Shown here: positions 1 through 9,339 of the stretch, in pieces
How positions within the stretch are numbered: position 1 is the first letter of the stretch
Layout: each line of letters begins with the position of its first letter
Origin: a virus
Lineage: Duplodnaviria; Caudoviricetes
Direction: 5' to 3' (one strand)
Length of the DNA: 26,775 nt
IMG/VR virus record: IMGVR_UViG_3300012953_000184
Location: 1-26,775 of that record
Made by a program: the position numbers and the translations under genes
The notes under the pieces: generated by a model
Told to the model about the DNA's origin: nothing
The model's input: the letters and a program-made list of their open reading frames with translations, nothing else
Database searches by the model: none

Positions 1-897
1 AATGGTGCGGTTAGCAATATCGTACTGTCAGACCAGATGCCTGATTTAAAAGTGATTGATTTTCTAACAGGGCTATTTAAGATGTTCAACCTCACAGCTT
101 TTGTGCAAAGTGATGGGAAGATTAAGGTCATGACACTAGATAATTTTTATAGCGCAGGCACTACTCACGATATCAGTGGGTTTGTTGATGTAAACCAAAG
201 CAATGTAGATTTTGCAATACCATACCAAGAGATAGCCTTTAGGTTTAAAAAGCCCAACACATTTCTGGCTATAAACTTTAGTGAGATAAACAACAAAGTA
301 TTTGGAGACTTAGAAAGCACAACAACTGAAAGCACCGATGTGCAAACAACAAACAGGGGCGGCAAATATGTAGTGCAATTGCCATACGGTAAAATGATCT
401 ACGAAAGGCTTAATGACTTAAACAATGGCAACCAAAGTTTGATACAATACGGCTTCTGTACGGACAAAGACCAAAACCCAATAAACATTGACCCTCTTGT
501 TCTAAACATAACAAACGAGACGCTAACGTCAGGTAATTATTTAAGTTTTTACAATGGCGCCAGTACAGGCACAGCAGCAGGGCTTACATCATACAACAGA
601 CCGTCTAATACATACGGCACAAGTCAATCGTTAAACTTTGGAACAGAAATAGACGAGTACACAGCCCTAGCAGAAGATGACAGCCTGTTTGAAAACTTCT
701 ACAAGAATTATATCGTAGATGTATTTAATTCAAAAAGGCGGTTAGTTAAGGTCAAGGCATTTCTACCCTTAAAGATATTATTGAACTATCAACTCAACGA
801 CTTCTTTGTAATCAATAACAAAAAGTTTGTGATAAACAGCATAAGCACAAACCTCACTACAGGCGAGAGCAACATAGAACTCCTAAACGAATTATGA
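1..897 (+). CDS. Phage tail/baseplate structural protein, C-terminal part (5'-truncated by the window)
   Basis: Frame is open from base 1 (NGAVSNIVLSDQMPDLK...); ends ...FVINSISTNLTTGESNIELLNEL, typical of Bacteroidota phage tail proteins; directly precedes the tape measure gene. Confidence 0.65.
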   Translation, partial: NGAVSNIVLSDQMPDLKVIDFLTGLFKMFNLTAFVQSDGKIKVMTLDNFYSAGTTHDISGFVDVNQSNVDFAIPYQEIAFRFKKPNTFLAINFSEINNKVFGDLESTTTESTDVQTTNRGGKYVVQLPYGKMIYERLNDLNNGNQSLIQYGFCTDKDQNPINIDPLVLNITNETLTSGNYLSFYNGASTGTAAGLTSYNRPSNTYGTSQSLNFGTEIDEYTALAEDDSLFENFYKNYIVDVFNSKRRLVKVKAFLPLKILLNYQLNDFFVINNKKFVINSISTNLTTGESNIELLNEL

Positions 898-1040
898 AAA
901 CAATACTAGACCTACTTGAATTTGCTAACGGTGAGACTGAAAACATACAGATTGCCAAAGGCAAGTATCATTTAAAAACATCACTCAAAGAAGCCTTTGA
1001 GCAGTACAAAAAAGAAAGAGAATGGCACAGACAGAAATAA
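894..1040 (+). CDS. Small hypothetical protein (48 aa, MKTILDLLEFANGETENIQIAKGKY...), not in the ORF track
   Basis: ATGA overlap with the upstream stop; fills the gap and overlaps the tape measure start. Confidence 0.65.
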   Translation: MKTILDLLEFANGETENIQIAKGKYHLKTSLKEAFEQYKKEREWHRQK

Positions 1041-2758
1041 TCGAAATAAAGGCAAAAACCGATAAGGCTGTTGCAGAACTAGAAGAGTTACGAGAAAACG
1101 TTGAACAACTAAACAGTGAGGTAGCAGTTGGTAATAGAAAAATATCAAAAGGGCTTAAAAACGTAGAGAAATCATCAAACACTGTTGCTAAAGGTGTACG
1201 TGGCATTGGAACAGCTTTAAAAGCGGCAGGTATAGGACTAGCTATTGCCGCTTTTGCAAAATTAAATGATGCCTTTACTCAAAACCAAAAAGTTGCAGAT
1301 GCCTTTAATAAAGTCAGTCAAACTGCATCTATTGTATTTAATCAGTTTCTTGGAGTTATAATTGAAGTATATGAAAGTGTAGCCAAATCAAAAGATAATT
1401 TTGATGCACTTGGAAAAGTGATTAATGGATTACTAACAATTGCGTTCACGCCTTTAAAACTAACTTTCTTTGGAATTAAATTAGGCATTCAACAGGCACA
1501 ATTAGCATGGGAAAAATCTTTTTTTGGTGGTAAGGATTCTGACAAAATAGCCGAGTTGACTTTAGGGATTTCAGAAACAAAAGAGGCAATTTACCAGTCA
1601 GGAGTTGGAGCTGTTGAGGCAGGGAAATCAATAGTTACTAACTTTTTAGAAGCTGTTACTGAAGTTGGTGATATAGCCAAAAAAACTGTTGATGGTGTTT
1701 CTAAAATTAGCATTAAAGCAGCAAGCGAAGCAGCAAAAACAAATGTAGAACTAGAGAAAACAGCAAGACTTGCAGAGGTAGCAAATCAGGGTCTTATTGA
1801 AAAATACGATAGGCAAGCAGAACAATTACGTCAAACAAGAGATGATGAAAGCAAAAGTTTTGAAGATCGTATAAAAGCCAATCAAGAGTTAGGTGCGCTT
1901 TTAGATGAGCAAGAAAAAACAATGATGGCTAATGCCAATGCTAGAGTACAGCTTGCTGCTGCTGAACTTGCTATAAACAAAGAAAATGTAGACCTACAAA
2001 TAGCTTACCAAGAAGCACTTAATGAACAAGCAGCCATTGAAGCGCAAGTCACAGGGTTTAGAAGTGAGCAACAAATAAACACTAATTCACTATTAAAAGA
2101 GCAGAAAGACCTACAAAATGAATTGACACTTATAGGTAAATCAGAACGTGAGATAGAACGTTTAGAACTGCAACAAGACTATGAGGCTAAAAAAGCACTT
2201 ATAGAACGTGAGATAACAGATGAAGCAGAGAAAAACGATAGGTTAATAGCTTTACAAGAGGACTACAATGATAAACTACAAGTATTAGAAAATACAAAGT
2301 TTAAAATGGCATCTAAAACTTTAGGCAATATATCTAAAGCTGTTGGCGAAAACACAAAGGCTGGTAAGGCTGCCGCTGCCGCTGCCGCACTAATTAATAC
2401 TTATCAAGGTATTACAGCAGAACTTGCTACCAAAACTGTTACTCCGTTTGATTTTGTTATAAAACTTGCCAACATAGCTACAACTGCCGCAATAGGTTTT
2501 AAATCCGTTAAGAACATATTAAAAACTACACCTAAATCAACAGGAGCAGGAGGAGCAGCAGGAGCAGAAGCAAGCGCACCATCAATAACCGCTGCACAAG
2601 CACCTGCGTTTAACATAGTAGGCACTTCAAGCACAAACCAACTGGCAGAGACAATCGCAGGGCAACAACAGCAACCAGTCAAAGCTTTTGTGGTAGCAAA
2701 TGACGTAACCACAGCACAATCATTAGAAAGAAATACAATACAAGGAGCAACAATATAA
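1022..2758 (+). CDS. Tail tape measure-like protein
   Basis: 578 aa; Ala/Glu/Lys-rich helical and coiled-coil segments, hydrophobic AAGIGLAIAA stretches, C-terminal VKAFVVANDVTTAQ motif. Confidence 0.75.
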   Translation: MAQTEIIEIKAKTDKAVAELEELRENVEQLNSEVAVGNRKISKGLKNVEKSSNTVAKGVRGIGTALKAAGIGLAIAAFAKLNDAFTQNQKVADAFNKVSQTASIVFNQFLGVIIEVYESVAKSKDNFDALGKVINGLLTIAFTPLKLTFFGIKLGIQQAQLAWEKSFFGGKDSDKIAELTLGISETKEAIYQSGVGAVEAGKSIVTNFLEAVTEVGDIAKKTVDGVSKISIKAASEAAKTNVELEKTARLAEVANQGLIEKYDRQAEQLRQTRDDESKSFEDRIKANQELGALLDEQEKTMMANANARVQLAAAELAINKENVDLQIAYQEALNEQAAIEAQVTGFRSEQQINTNSLLKEQKDLQNELTLIGKSEREIERLELQQDYEAKKALIEREITDEAEKNDRLIALQEDYNDKLQVLENTKFKMASKTLGNISKAVGENTKAGKAAAAAAALINTYQGITAELATKTVTPFDFVIKLANIATTAAIGFKSVKNILKTTPKSTGAGGAAGAEASAPSITAAQAPAFNIVGTSSTNQLAETIAGQQQQPVKAFVVANDVTTAQSLERNTIQGATI

Positions 2759-2768
2759 AAGGTAAATC

Positions 2769-3614
2769 ATGGAAATATACGAACTGATAATAGACGAAGA
2801 TCAAGAGGTGGCAGTAGAAGCCATATCAATTGTAGAACGACCTGCTATTGAGGAAGAGTTTATAGCACTTAAAGATCAGCAGGTCTTACTAGCAGAGGTA
2901 AACAAAGAGAAGAGGCTTCTTGTAGGTGCGCTGCTTGTTCCTAACAAGCCTATTTACCGCAAGCGTGGCAAAGAGGAGTATTATATATACTTCTCAAAAG
3001 ATACAGTGCGTAAGGCTATGGAGCTTTACTTAATGGGTGGCAAACAAAACAACACCACCCTTGAGCATCAACACGCGCTAAACGGAATTAGCCTTGTTGA
3101 GAGTTGGCAAGTAGAACACGAAACATACGATAAAACAAAGATGTATGGGCTTAGTGTTCCTTTATATGCTTGGGCGGGTATTTTAAAAGTAAACAATGAT
3201 GAGGTTTGGAATGACTATGTCAAAACAGGAAAGGTAAAAGGCTTTAGCATAGAGGGGTACTTCATTGACAAGATGCAAAGACCTAAAGAGCCTGTAAACG
3301 ACTTTGAGGAAGAAGCTGAAGAACTGCTGTCAAAAGTAAAACAAATTGTTAAAAATGAATTAAGTGTGGTGGTAAATGACACTATGGCTATTATAGACGA
3401 TAGACTGGCATACGCAACAAAAGAACTTGCAATCAAAGCAGCACAGGACATTGGCTGTGATAGTTACCACGAGCATGAGTTTGAGGGTAAGACTTGGTAT
3501 ATGCCCTGTGAGCAGCATCAATTAAAAAAGCCATGCCAAGAAGGATATGAGCAATATGGCATGAAGCGCAAAAACGGAAAACTTGTACCTAACTGCATAC
3601 CTGTAAAAAAATGA
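2769..3614 (+). CDS. XkdF-like putative prohead (maturation) serine protease with C-terminal Cys/His extension
   Basis: AISIVERPAIEE, GALLVPNKPIYR, TLEH, VESW and VKTGKVKGFSIEG motifs of XkdF/Peptidase_S78_2-like proteins; upstream of scaffold and capsid. Confidence 0.8.
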   Translation: MEIYELIIDEDQEVAVEAISIVERPAIEEEFIALKDQQVLLAEVNKEKRLLVGALLVPNKPIYRKRGKEEYYIYFSKDTVRKAMELYLMGGKQNNTTLEHQHALNGISLVESWQVEHETYDKTKMYGLSVPLYAWAGILKVNNDEVWNDYVKTGKVKGFSIEGYFIDKMQRPKEPVNDFEEEAEELLSKVKQIVKNELSVVVNDTMAIIDDRLAYATKELAIKAAQDIGCDSYHEHEFEGKTWYMPCEQHQLKKPCQEGYEQYGMKRKNGKLVPNCIPVKK

Positions 3615-3793
3615 GAAAGTCAAAATTCAAAACACCTAGTAGAATATCGCCTAAAGGCGGAAAAAGAGGCTGCCTATGTCCAGACGGCACTTACCATGCC
3701 AAGTGCTGCGATGGCTCACTACAAGCACAAGGAATAGGTGTTACAAAAGGCGGTAGCGTGACAATTATCAACAACGTACAGATTACAGACTAA
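3611..3793 (+). CDS. Small Cys-rich hypothetical protein
   Basis: ATGA overlap; RGCLCPDGTYHAKCCDGSLQAQGIG. Confidence 0.7.
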   Translation: MRKSKFKTPSRISPKGGKRGCLCPDGTYHAKCCDGSLQAQGIGVTKGGSVTIINNVQITD

Positions 3794-3800
3794 AAAAAAC

Positions 3801-3835
3801 TTTACCACTTCGCTTTTTTGCTGTTTATAGTAGTA
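3801..3835 (+). promoter_or_regulatory. Putative late promoter, copy 1: TTTACCACTT-N11-TGTTTATAGTAGTA
   Basis: Both boxes and the 11-nt spacing recur exactly at 24570-24604; lies just upstream of the scaffold-capsid-tail tube operon. Confidence 0.7.
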
Positions 3836-3846
3836 GACGCAGATAT

Positions 3847-4440
3847 ATGAAAGCAACTGAAATGGTAGATAAGATCAAAGACTTGCTTGGCATAGAACTT
3901 ACAAGCCAAGAAGCAGAGGCAGTTAAACTGGCTCAGTCCACACTTGAAAACGGAACAGTCATAGAATACGAAAGTATGGAAGCAGGGTCTCCTGTTTTTA
4001 TTGTTTCAGAGGACGAAAAAATCGCCCTTCCCAGAGGCGAGTACACTTTAGAAGACGGAAAAATTTTAGTGGTTGTTGATGAAGGCGAAATAGCTGAAAT
4101 CAAAGAAGCTGCCGAGGAAGACGTTGAAGCAACTGAAGAAGTTGAGGCTGCAAAGGAAGAAGAAGAAGTGACAGCCGAGTACATCGAAAGAGATGAGTTT
4201 GATGCGCTTAAAAAACAAATTGAGGATTTGAAGCGTGAGTTTGAAAAGCACTACGACGAAAAAGAAAAAGAGGAAATGGCAAAAAAAGAAAAAGAAGAAT
4301 TGTCAAAAGTTGAAGTAGATGCCGAGCCTGTATATCACAGCCCAGACGCCACGCAAGAAACAAAAATGAACATCTCTACAGCATCAAACTACAGACAAGA
4401 AACAACCTATGACAGGGTATTAAAAACATTATACAACTAA
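3847..4440 (+). CDS. Capsid scaffolding protein (putative)
   Basis: Very acidic, coiled-coil; LPRGEYTLEDGKILVV motif; lies between protease and major capsid protein. Confidence 0.7.
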   Translation: MKATEMVDKIKDLLGIELTSQEAEAVKLAQSTLENGTVIEYESMEAGSPVFIVSEDEKIALPRGEYTLEDGKILVVVDEGEIAEIKEAAEEDVEATEEVEAAKEEEEVTAEYIERDEFDALKKQIEDLKREFEKHYDEKEKEEMAKKEKEELSKVEVDAEPVYHSPDATQETKMNISTASNYRQETTYDRVLKTLYN

Positions 4441-4446
4441 ACAATT

Positions 4447-4854
4447 ATGTCACAAACAATAACATACTCAAACGGAGCATTAAGAGAAAAACCAAATTTT
4501 CTTAGCGTATCCGCAGACACAACACTTAGCCTTGAAGATAATGGTAAGACAATCCTTATTGGAGGCACATCAGGAGCTTATGCAGTTACACTGCCTACTG
4601 TAAAAGACGGATTGCGATTTAAGTTCGTAATAAGCGCAGTATCAAGCGGAATAAGAACAGTAACAATGGGAACTGCCGATAAGCTACAAGGAATTATAGT
4701 AGCCAATGGTGCAGCTGTACCAGGCGTTGATGAGGACAATATTGTTTTCTCAGCATCTTCTAAAGTAGGCGATTACGCTTCTGTTATTTCAGATGGTACT
4801 AACTACTACGTTGAAGGGGCTGCACAAGGCGCAACAATAACACTTACCACTTAA
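4447..4854 (+). CDS. Putative head decoration/structural protein
   Basis: 135 aa, beta-rich and small-residue-rich (TTLSLEDNGKTILI...AVTLP...GLRFKF); lies between scaffold and capsid. Confidence 0.5.
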   Translation: MSQTITYSNGALREKPNFLSVSADTTLSLEDNGKTILIGGTSGAYAVTLPTVKDGLRFKFVISAVSSGIRTVTMGTADKLQGIIVANGAAVPGVDEDNIVFSASSKVGDYASVISDGTNYYVEGAAQGATITLTT

Positions 4855-4873
4855 AAAAAATTAAAAAAGAAAA

Positions 4874-5818
4874 ATGGCAACAACAACCAATATTACAACA
4901 ACATACGCAGGAGAGAGAAAAGTCAAGTATATAACTGCTGCTTTAACATCAGGGGTAACACTCAGCCAAAAGTCTATTAATATTATGCCTAATGTTAAGT
5001 ACAAGGATGTTTTACCAACATTTAGCACAAATGATATGGTAAAAGCTGCTGACTGTGATTTTATCCCTTCTTCTACTGTAACGACAGGTGAGGTAATTAT
5101 TGAGCCTACAGAGTTACAAGTAAACCTACAGCTTTGCAAGAAAAATTTTGTAAATACATGGGATGCAATAGAAATGGGCTACTCGGCACACCACACAATG
5201 CCAAAAACACTTGCCGACTATATGCTAACGTATGTAGCAGATAATATCGCACAGGATGTTGAGAACAATATTTGGAGTGGTGATACTACTTTAACTTCTG
5301 GCAATAACAACTTTGATGGGTTTCAAAAAAGAATTACATCATCTGCACTTTCAGGTGTTGGTAGTTCAACCATTGACAGCTCAAACGTACTTACGTTTTT
5401 AGGAAAAGTGGTAGATGAAATACCATATACTATTTTAGACAAAGAAGACCTTAAAATATGGGTTCCAAACAACGTATACCAAGCTTATGTACGCTCTCTT
5501 GGAGGCTTTGCATCAAACGGAAAAGGCGCAGCAGGTATTGAAAGCAAAGGACATTTGTACTATGACAGAAACATGCCTCTTGGCTTTGATGGTATTCCTG
5601 TTGTACGTGCGCCTGGTATGACATCAAACCGAGCCATTACAGGGCAAACTAAAAACTTGTACTTCGGCACTGGCTTAATGTCTGACCACAACGAGGTAAA
5701 ATTAATTGACACCTCCGACACGCTTGGCGATCAAAATGTACGAATTATAGCACGCTTCACAGCAGGAACGCAAGTAGGTATTGCTTCTGAGGCAAAGCAC
5801 TTTACACCTGCAACATAA
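4874..5818 (+). CDS. Major capsid protein
   Basis: 314 aa; ITTTYAGE start, QVNLQLCKKNF, IWSGD, FDGF, NLYFGTGLMSDHNEVKLID, QNVRIIARFTAGTQVG; position after scaffold. Confidence 0.85.
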   Translation: MATTTNITTTYAGERKVKYITAALTSGVTLSQKSINIMPNVKYKDVLPTFSTNDMVKAADCDFIPSSTVTTGEVIIEPTELQVNLQLCKKNFVNTWDAIEMGYSAHHTMPKTLADYMLTYVADNIAQDVENNIWSGDTTLTSGNNNFDGFQKRITSSALSGVGSSTIDSSNVLTFLGKVVDEIPYTILDKEDLKIWVPNNVYQAYVRSLGGFASNGKGAAGIESKGHLYYDRNMPLGFDGIPVVRAPGMTSNRAITGQTKNLYFGTGLMSDHNEVKLIDTSDTLGDQNVRIIARFTAGTQVGIASEAKHFTPAT

Positions 5819-6370
5819 ATGAGTGTTTTAACAACAGGACGAGGGCTTGGTCAAAAGCAGGTAGGCGGTATTCAAAATATATATTTTGGAGACCCTACCG
5901 AGTTTACAGCAGCCTCCGTGACCTACGATAGCACAACAGGCGAGATTGAAAATACTGGCATGGCTACAGGCAATGCTAGTGTATTCAAATTCGAGGTAAG
6001 AGGCGCAAACTCGTTTACAAGCACATTAACTGGATCAGATGAGAATGGAACAGTCTTCGCAGAGCAAAGTCTTTCTGTTACGTTGCAGTTGATGGATCAT
6101 GCAACACTAAAAGAAATTAAACTTTTAGCACATAATAGACCTAAGATTTTTGTTGAAGACAGAAACGGACGTTTATTAATGCTTGGCTTAGAGCGTGGAA
6201 TGACTCTAACAACAGGCACCATAGCATCGGGAGATGGAATGGGAGACCTATCGGGCTACACTTTAGAATTTACTGGTCAAGAAAAGGTCGGTGTAATTCA
6301 TGTAGACGGAGGTATTGCAAATGCAAGTTTTGTAGCTGCTCTAGCAACTACTTCAATCACACCTGCATAG
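5819..6370 (+). CDS. Major tail tube protein (putative)
   Basis: VGGIQNIYF, ENGTVFAEQSLSVTL, VEDRNG, GDLSGYTLEFTGQE; abuts the capsid stop and is followed by a terminator. Confidence 0.7.
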   Translation: MSVLTTGRGLGQKQVGGIQNIYFGDPTEFTAASVTYDSTTGEIENTGMATGNASVFKFEVRGANSFTSTLTGSDENGTVFAEQSLSVTLQLMDHATLKEIKLLAHNRPKIFVEDRNGRLLMLGLERGMTLTTGTIASGDGMGDLSGYTLEFTGQEKVGVIHVDGGIANASFVAALATTSITPA

Positions 6371-6419
6371 CGAGTAACGAATAAAAAATAGTTTTTTCAT
6401 TGTTTTTTAAATTTGGGGG

Positions 6420-6447
6420 AGGGCGGTCTAACAATCGCCCTTTTTTT
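6420..6447 (+). terminator. Intrinsic terminator after the capsid/tail tube genes
   Basis: GGGCGGT-CTAACA-ATCGCCC stem-loop followed by T7. Confidence 0.85.
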
Positions 6448-6455
6448 GTTTTTAT

Positions 6456-6917
6456 ATGATAGTAATAACACCGACAACAGGAAGCCAGACAATCAAGTTT
6501 GTGATGCACAATTACACAACTGATGGTCTAATCATTGTCTTTAGGGATACAGCTAAAAACAGCAACCTATTGACGGTGACACAGAACTTTAAAGAACGTG
6601 TGTTGGCTGATGGAGGCACGTATGAAGACAACACCCTTGTAGACACATTTTTAAACTCAACTGTTATTGGTGCTACTTCTGTTGTTTCTAAAAATTCATA
6701 CTACAATGAATTGACAGTAAACTTTACTACAGCACCAGTAGAAGGCAGAACATACGAAATGCTTATTGCTTTGGCTAGTGATAGAACGGTGTTTCACAAA
6801 GAAACAATTTTTTGCACCGCTCAAGCTGTTGATGACTACACAATAAACAAGGGTGTATATAATATGAAAGATGACTACCCTGCAAGTGCAGACAACAAAT
6901 TTGTTTTTTATGGATAA
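6456..6917 (+). CDS. Hypothetical virion protein
   Basis: 153-aa ORF overlapping the portal start; ends IFCTAQ...YTINKGVY. Confidence 0.6.
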   Translation: MIVITPTTGSQTIKFVMHNYTTDGLIIVFRDTAKNSNLLTVTQNFKERVLADGGTYEDNTLVDTFLNSTVIGATSVVSKNSYYNELTVNFTTAPVEGRTYEMLIALASDRTVFHKETIFCTAQAVDDYTINKGVYNMKDDYPASADNKFVFYG

Positions 6918-8700
6918 TATACACGTCATAGAGCTGAGTCAGTACGAAACGCCAAGTCTGGTAGAAACCAAAACAGATGAATTTGTTGGATGGGGCGATG
7001 ACAATAATTACTACCAGTTTCTTATTGACACTTACACCAATAGCACTACACATCACTCCATTATAAACGGTGTTGCGAATATGATATACGGCAAAGGTTT
7101 AGATGCCACAGACAGCAGCCGAAAACCTGATGAGTACGCACAGATGAAAAACATATTTAGACCTGACGATTTACGTCGGGTTGTACAAGACTTAAAACTC
7201 TTGGGCGAGGGTGCGTTCCAAATATTTTACAAAGGCAACAAGGTTGTTGAAGCAAAACACTTTCCAAGGCAAACGCTACGTCCTGAAAAGGCAAATGATA
7301 AGGGCGATGTTGAGGCGTATTACTATCACCACAACTGGTCGGAGTACAAAAAAAGAGATAAGCTTACACGCATGCCTGTCTTTAAAAATGATGGAGAGCC
7401 AAAAACAAAAAACGAAATTTTAATAGTAAGGAAATATGTTACTGGATACCACTACGCAAGTCCTCCTGACTATGTTCCTTCTATTGGTTATGCAACTCTT
7501 GAATCTGAAATTACCTCCTACTTAATAAATGACGTGCAGAATGGTTTTTCAGGCACAAAGATTATAAACTTTAACAATGGTGTTCCTGACAGGGAAAAGC
7601 AATTAGAAGTTAAAAGTGATGTCATGCAAAAGCTTTCTGGCAGCACAGGCGAAAAGATAATTGTAGCCTTTAACAACGATGCAGAGTCTAAAACAACCAT
7701 AGACGATATTCCCCTAAACGATGCGCCTGCACACTATCAATACCTCAGTGATGAGTGTAGTAGAAAGATAATGCAAGGACACAGTATTACTTCTCCGCTC
7801 TTAATTGGCATACGTGATGGCAACAACTCTCTTGGCTCAAATGCTGACGAGATTAAACACGCTTTTCAATTATTTGAAAATGTTGTTATAAAGCCCTATC
7901 AAAACCTTTTGACAGATGCGATTGACATTATTTTATCAGTCAATGATATATCTCTTAAAGCCTACTTTAAAACCCTTGAGCCGATTGAATTTCAAGATGC
8001 AGAACAGCTAATGCCAGAAGAAGAGAAAGAGAAAGAAACAGGCATTAAAATGAGTGAGCAGAAAATCTGCTGCTCAAAAGATGAGGCATTTACCGATAAG
8101 CATGGCGATATACTCTTTGAGGGCTTAAAAGGCGAGATTATAAGCGATGAGTGGGAGGTTGTAGAAGAGCGCGATTACAGCGAGGAAAACGAGGTGTTTG
8201 AGCAGTGGGCAGACAGTCATAATAACAGCGAGCAAAAACTCTATCAAGTAGCATCACAACCAAGCGGTTTCAGCTATTTAGACAAGTCCAAATACAAAGT
8301 GCGCTATAAGTATGCGGTTGGCTCACGTAAGGCTAAAAAGGCAGGTAACACATCAAGAAAATTTTGCACCGATATGATGGCTGCTTCTCGTGCAGGGGTT
8401 GTATATCGCTTAGAAGATATAGACAGGGCATCAAGAGACCTAAATTTTAATGCAGCAGAGCTGCCTATGCACAACAAACAGAAATTTGATTTGTTCAAGC
8501 ACAAAGGCGGTATCTACTGCCGACATATATGGAAAGAGGTACTCTACAAGCTAAAGGTAGGAAAGGAAGTGTCGCAGGACATTAAAGACTACAAAAAAAC
8601 AAAGGACATACCTGATTCATACAATCCAAATCCAAGAGGCTCAAAGCAATCTAAAGTACCACCAATTAACACTCCAACTAAAGGCGCATACCCTTCATAA
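6910..8700 (+). CDS. Portal protein with long C-terminal extension
   Basis: WGDDNNYYQFLID, HHSIINGVANMIYGKGL, NGFSGTKIINFNNGVP, LSGSTGEKIIVAFN, IMQGHSITSPLLIGI; the ATG at 6910 overlaps the upstream stop and is more likely than 6871. Confidence 0.85.
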   Translation: MDNIHVIELSQYETPSLVETKTDEFVGWGDDNNYYQFLIDTYTNSTTHHSIINGVANMIYGKGLDATDSSRKPDEYAQMKNIFRPDDLRRVVQDLKLLGEGAFQIFYKGNKVVEAKHFPRQTLRPEKANDKGDVEAYYYHHNWSEYKKRDKLTRMPVFKNDGEPKTKNEILIVRKYVTGYHYASPPDYVPSIGYATLESEITSYLINDVQNGFSGTKIINFNNGVPDREKQLEVKSDVMQKLSGSTGEKIIVAFNNDAESKTTIDDIPLNDAPAHYQYLSDECSRKIMQGHSITSPLLIGIRDGNNSLGSNADEIKHAFQLFENVVIKPYQNLLTDAIDIILSVNDISLKAYFKTLEPIEFQDAEQLMPEEEKEKETGIKMSEQKICCSKDEAFTDKHGDILFEGLKGEIISDEWEVVEERDYSEENEVFEQWADSHNNSEQKLYQVASQPSGFSYLDKSKYKVRYKYAVGSRKAKKAGNTSRKFCTDMMAASRAGVVYRLEDIDRASRDLNFNAAELPMHNKQKFDLFKHKGGIYCRHIWKEVLYKLKVGKEVSQDIKDYKKTKDIPDSYNPNPRGSKQSKVPPINTPTKGAYPS

Positions 8701-8701
8701 T

Positions 8702-9208
8702 ATGGCACAAGCATTATTCATAAGACCAGAAGACGTTAAGAAGTTTACTGCTGCAAATGGCAATATTGACAACGATAGGTTTGTGCAGTATTTGTTCATT
8801 GCACAAGAGATACACATACAACGCTTTTTAGGTACAGACCTTACAGAAGCACTAGAAGCAAAGATTAACGCATCAACACTTGCGGGCAACTATTTGACCC
8901 TTGTACAGGACTACGTAAAGCCTGCGCTATGCCATTGGGCAATGGTTGAGGCACTACCGTTTTTGGCTATAACCATAGGTGCAAAAGGCATATACAGACA
9001 CACATCAGAGAGTGGAACAACAGCCACAAAAAAAGAGGTTGATTATCTAGTTGAGAAGGAAAGGCAAACAGCCCAATACTTCTCAAAAAGACTGATTGAT
9101 TATTTAAGAGACAACGCTTCAGCGATGTTTCCTGAATACTATACAAACACAGGAAATAAGGACATAACACCAGACGATAACGCTGATTTTGTAGGTATAG
9201 TTTTATGA
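8702..9208 (+). CDS. Head-tail connector/adaptor (putative)
   Basis: Directly after portal; NGNIDND...AQEIHIQRFLGTDL...FPEY. Confidence 0.65.
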   Translation: MAQALFIRPEDVKKFTAANGNIDNDRFVQYLFIAQEIHIQRFLGTDLTEALEAKINASTLAGNYLTLVQDYVKPALCHWAMVEALPFLAITIGAKGIYRHTSESGTTATKKEVDYLVEKERQTAQYFSKRLIDYLRDNASAMFPEYYTNTGNKDITPDDNADFVGIVL

Positions 9209-9339
9209 GAAAAACAAAGAAACAAATGGAAAACGAGAAACTATTGGATTTGTATTTAAGAAAATTAATGCAAGAGCCTGAAAAAAAGGACAGAGTAATA
9301 CCAAAAGAACCTTTTTGGGGAATATTTGAAGGTAAATGA
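9205..9339 (+). CDS. Small hypothetical protein (44 aa), not in the ORF track
   Basis: MRKTKKQMENEKLLDLYLRK...; overlaps both neighbouring genes by 4 nt. Confidence 0.6.
   Translation: MRKTKKQMENEKLLDLYLRKLMQEPEKKDRVIPKEPFWGIFEGK

Noticed and set aside
2369-2390. GCTGCC microrepeat in the tape measure gene as a phase-variation tract
   Set aside because: In-frame poly-Ala codons; unit changes would not shift the frame.
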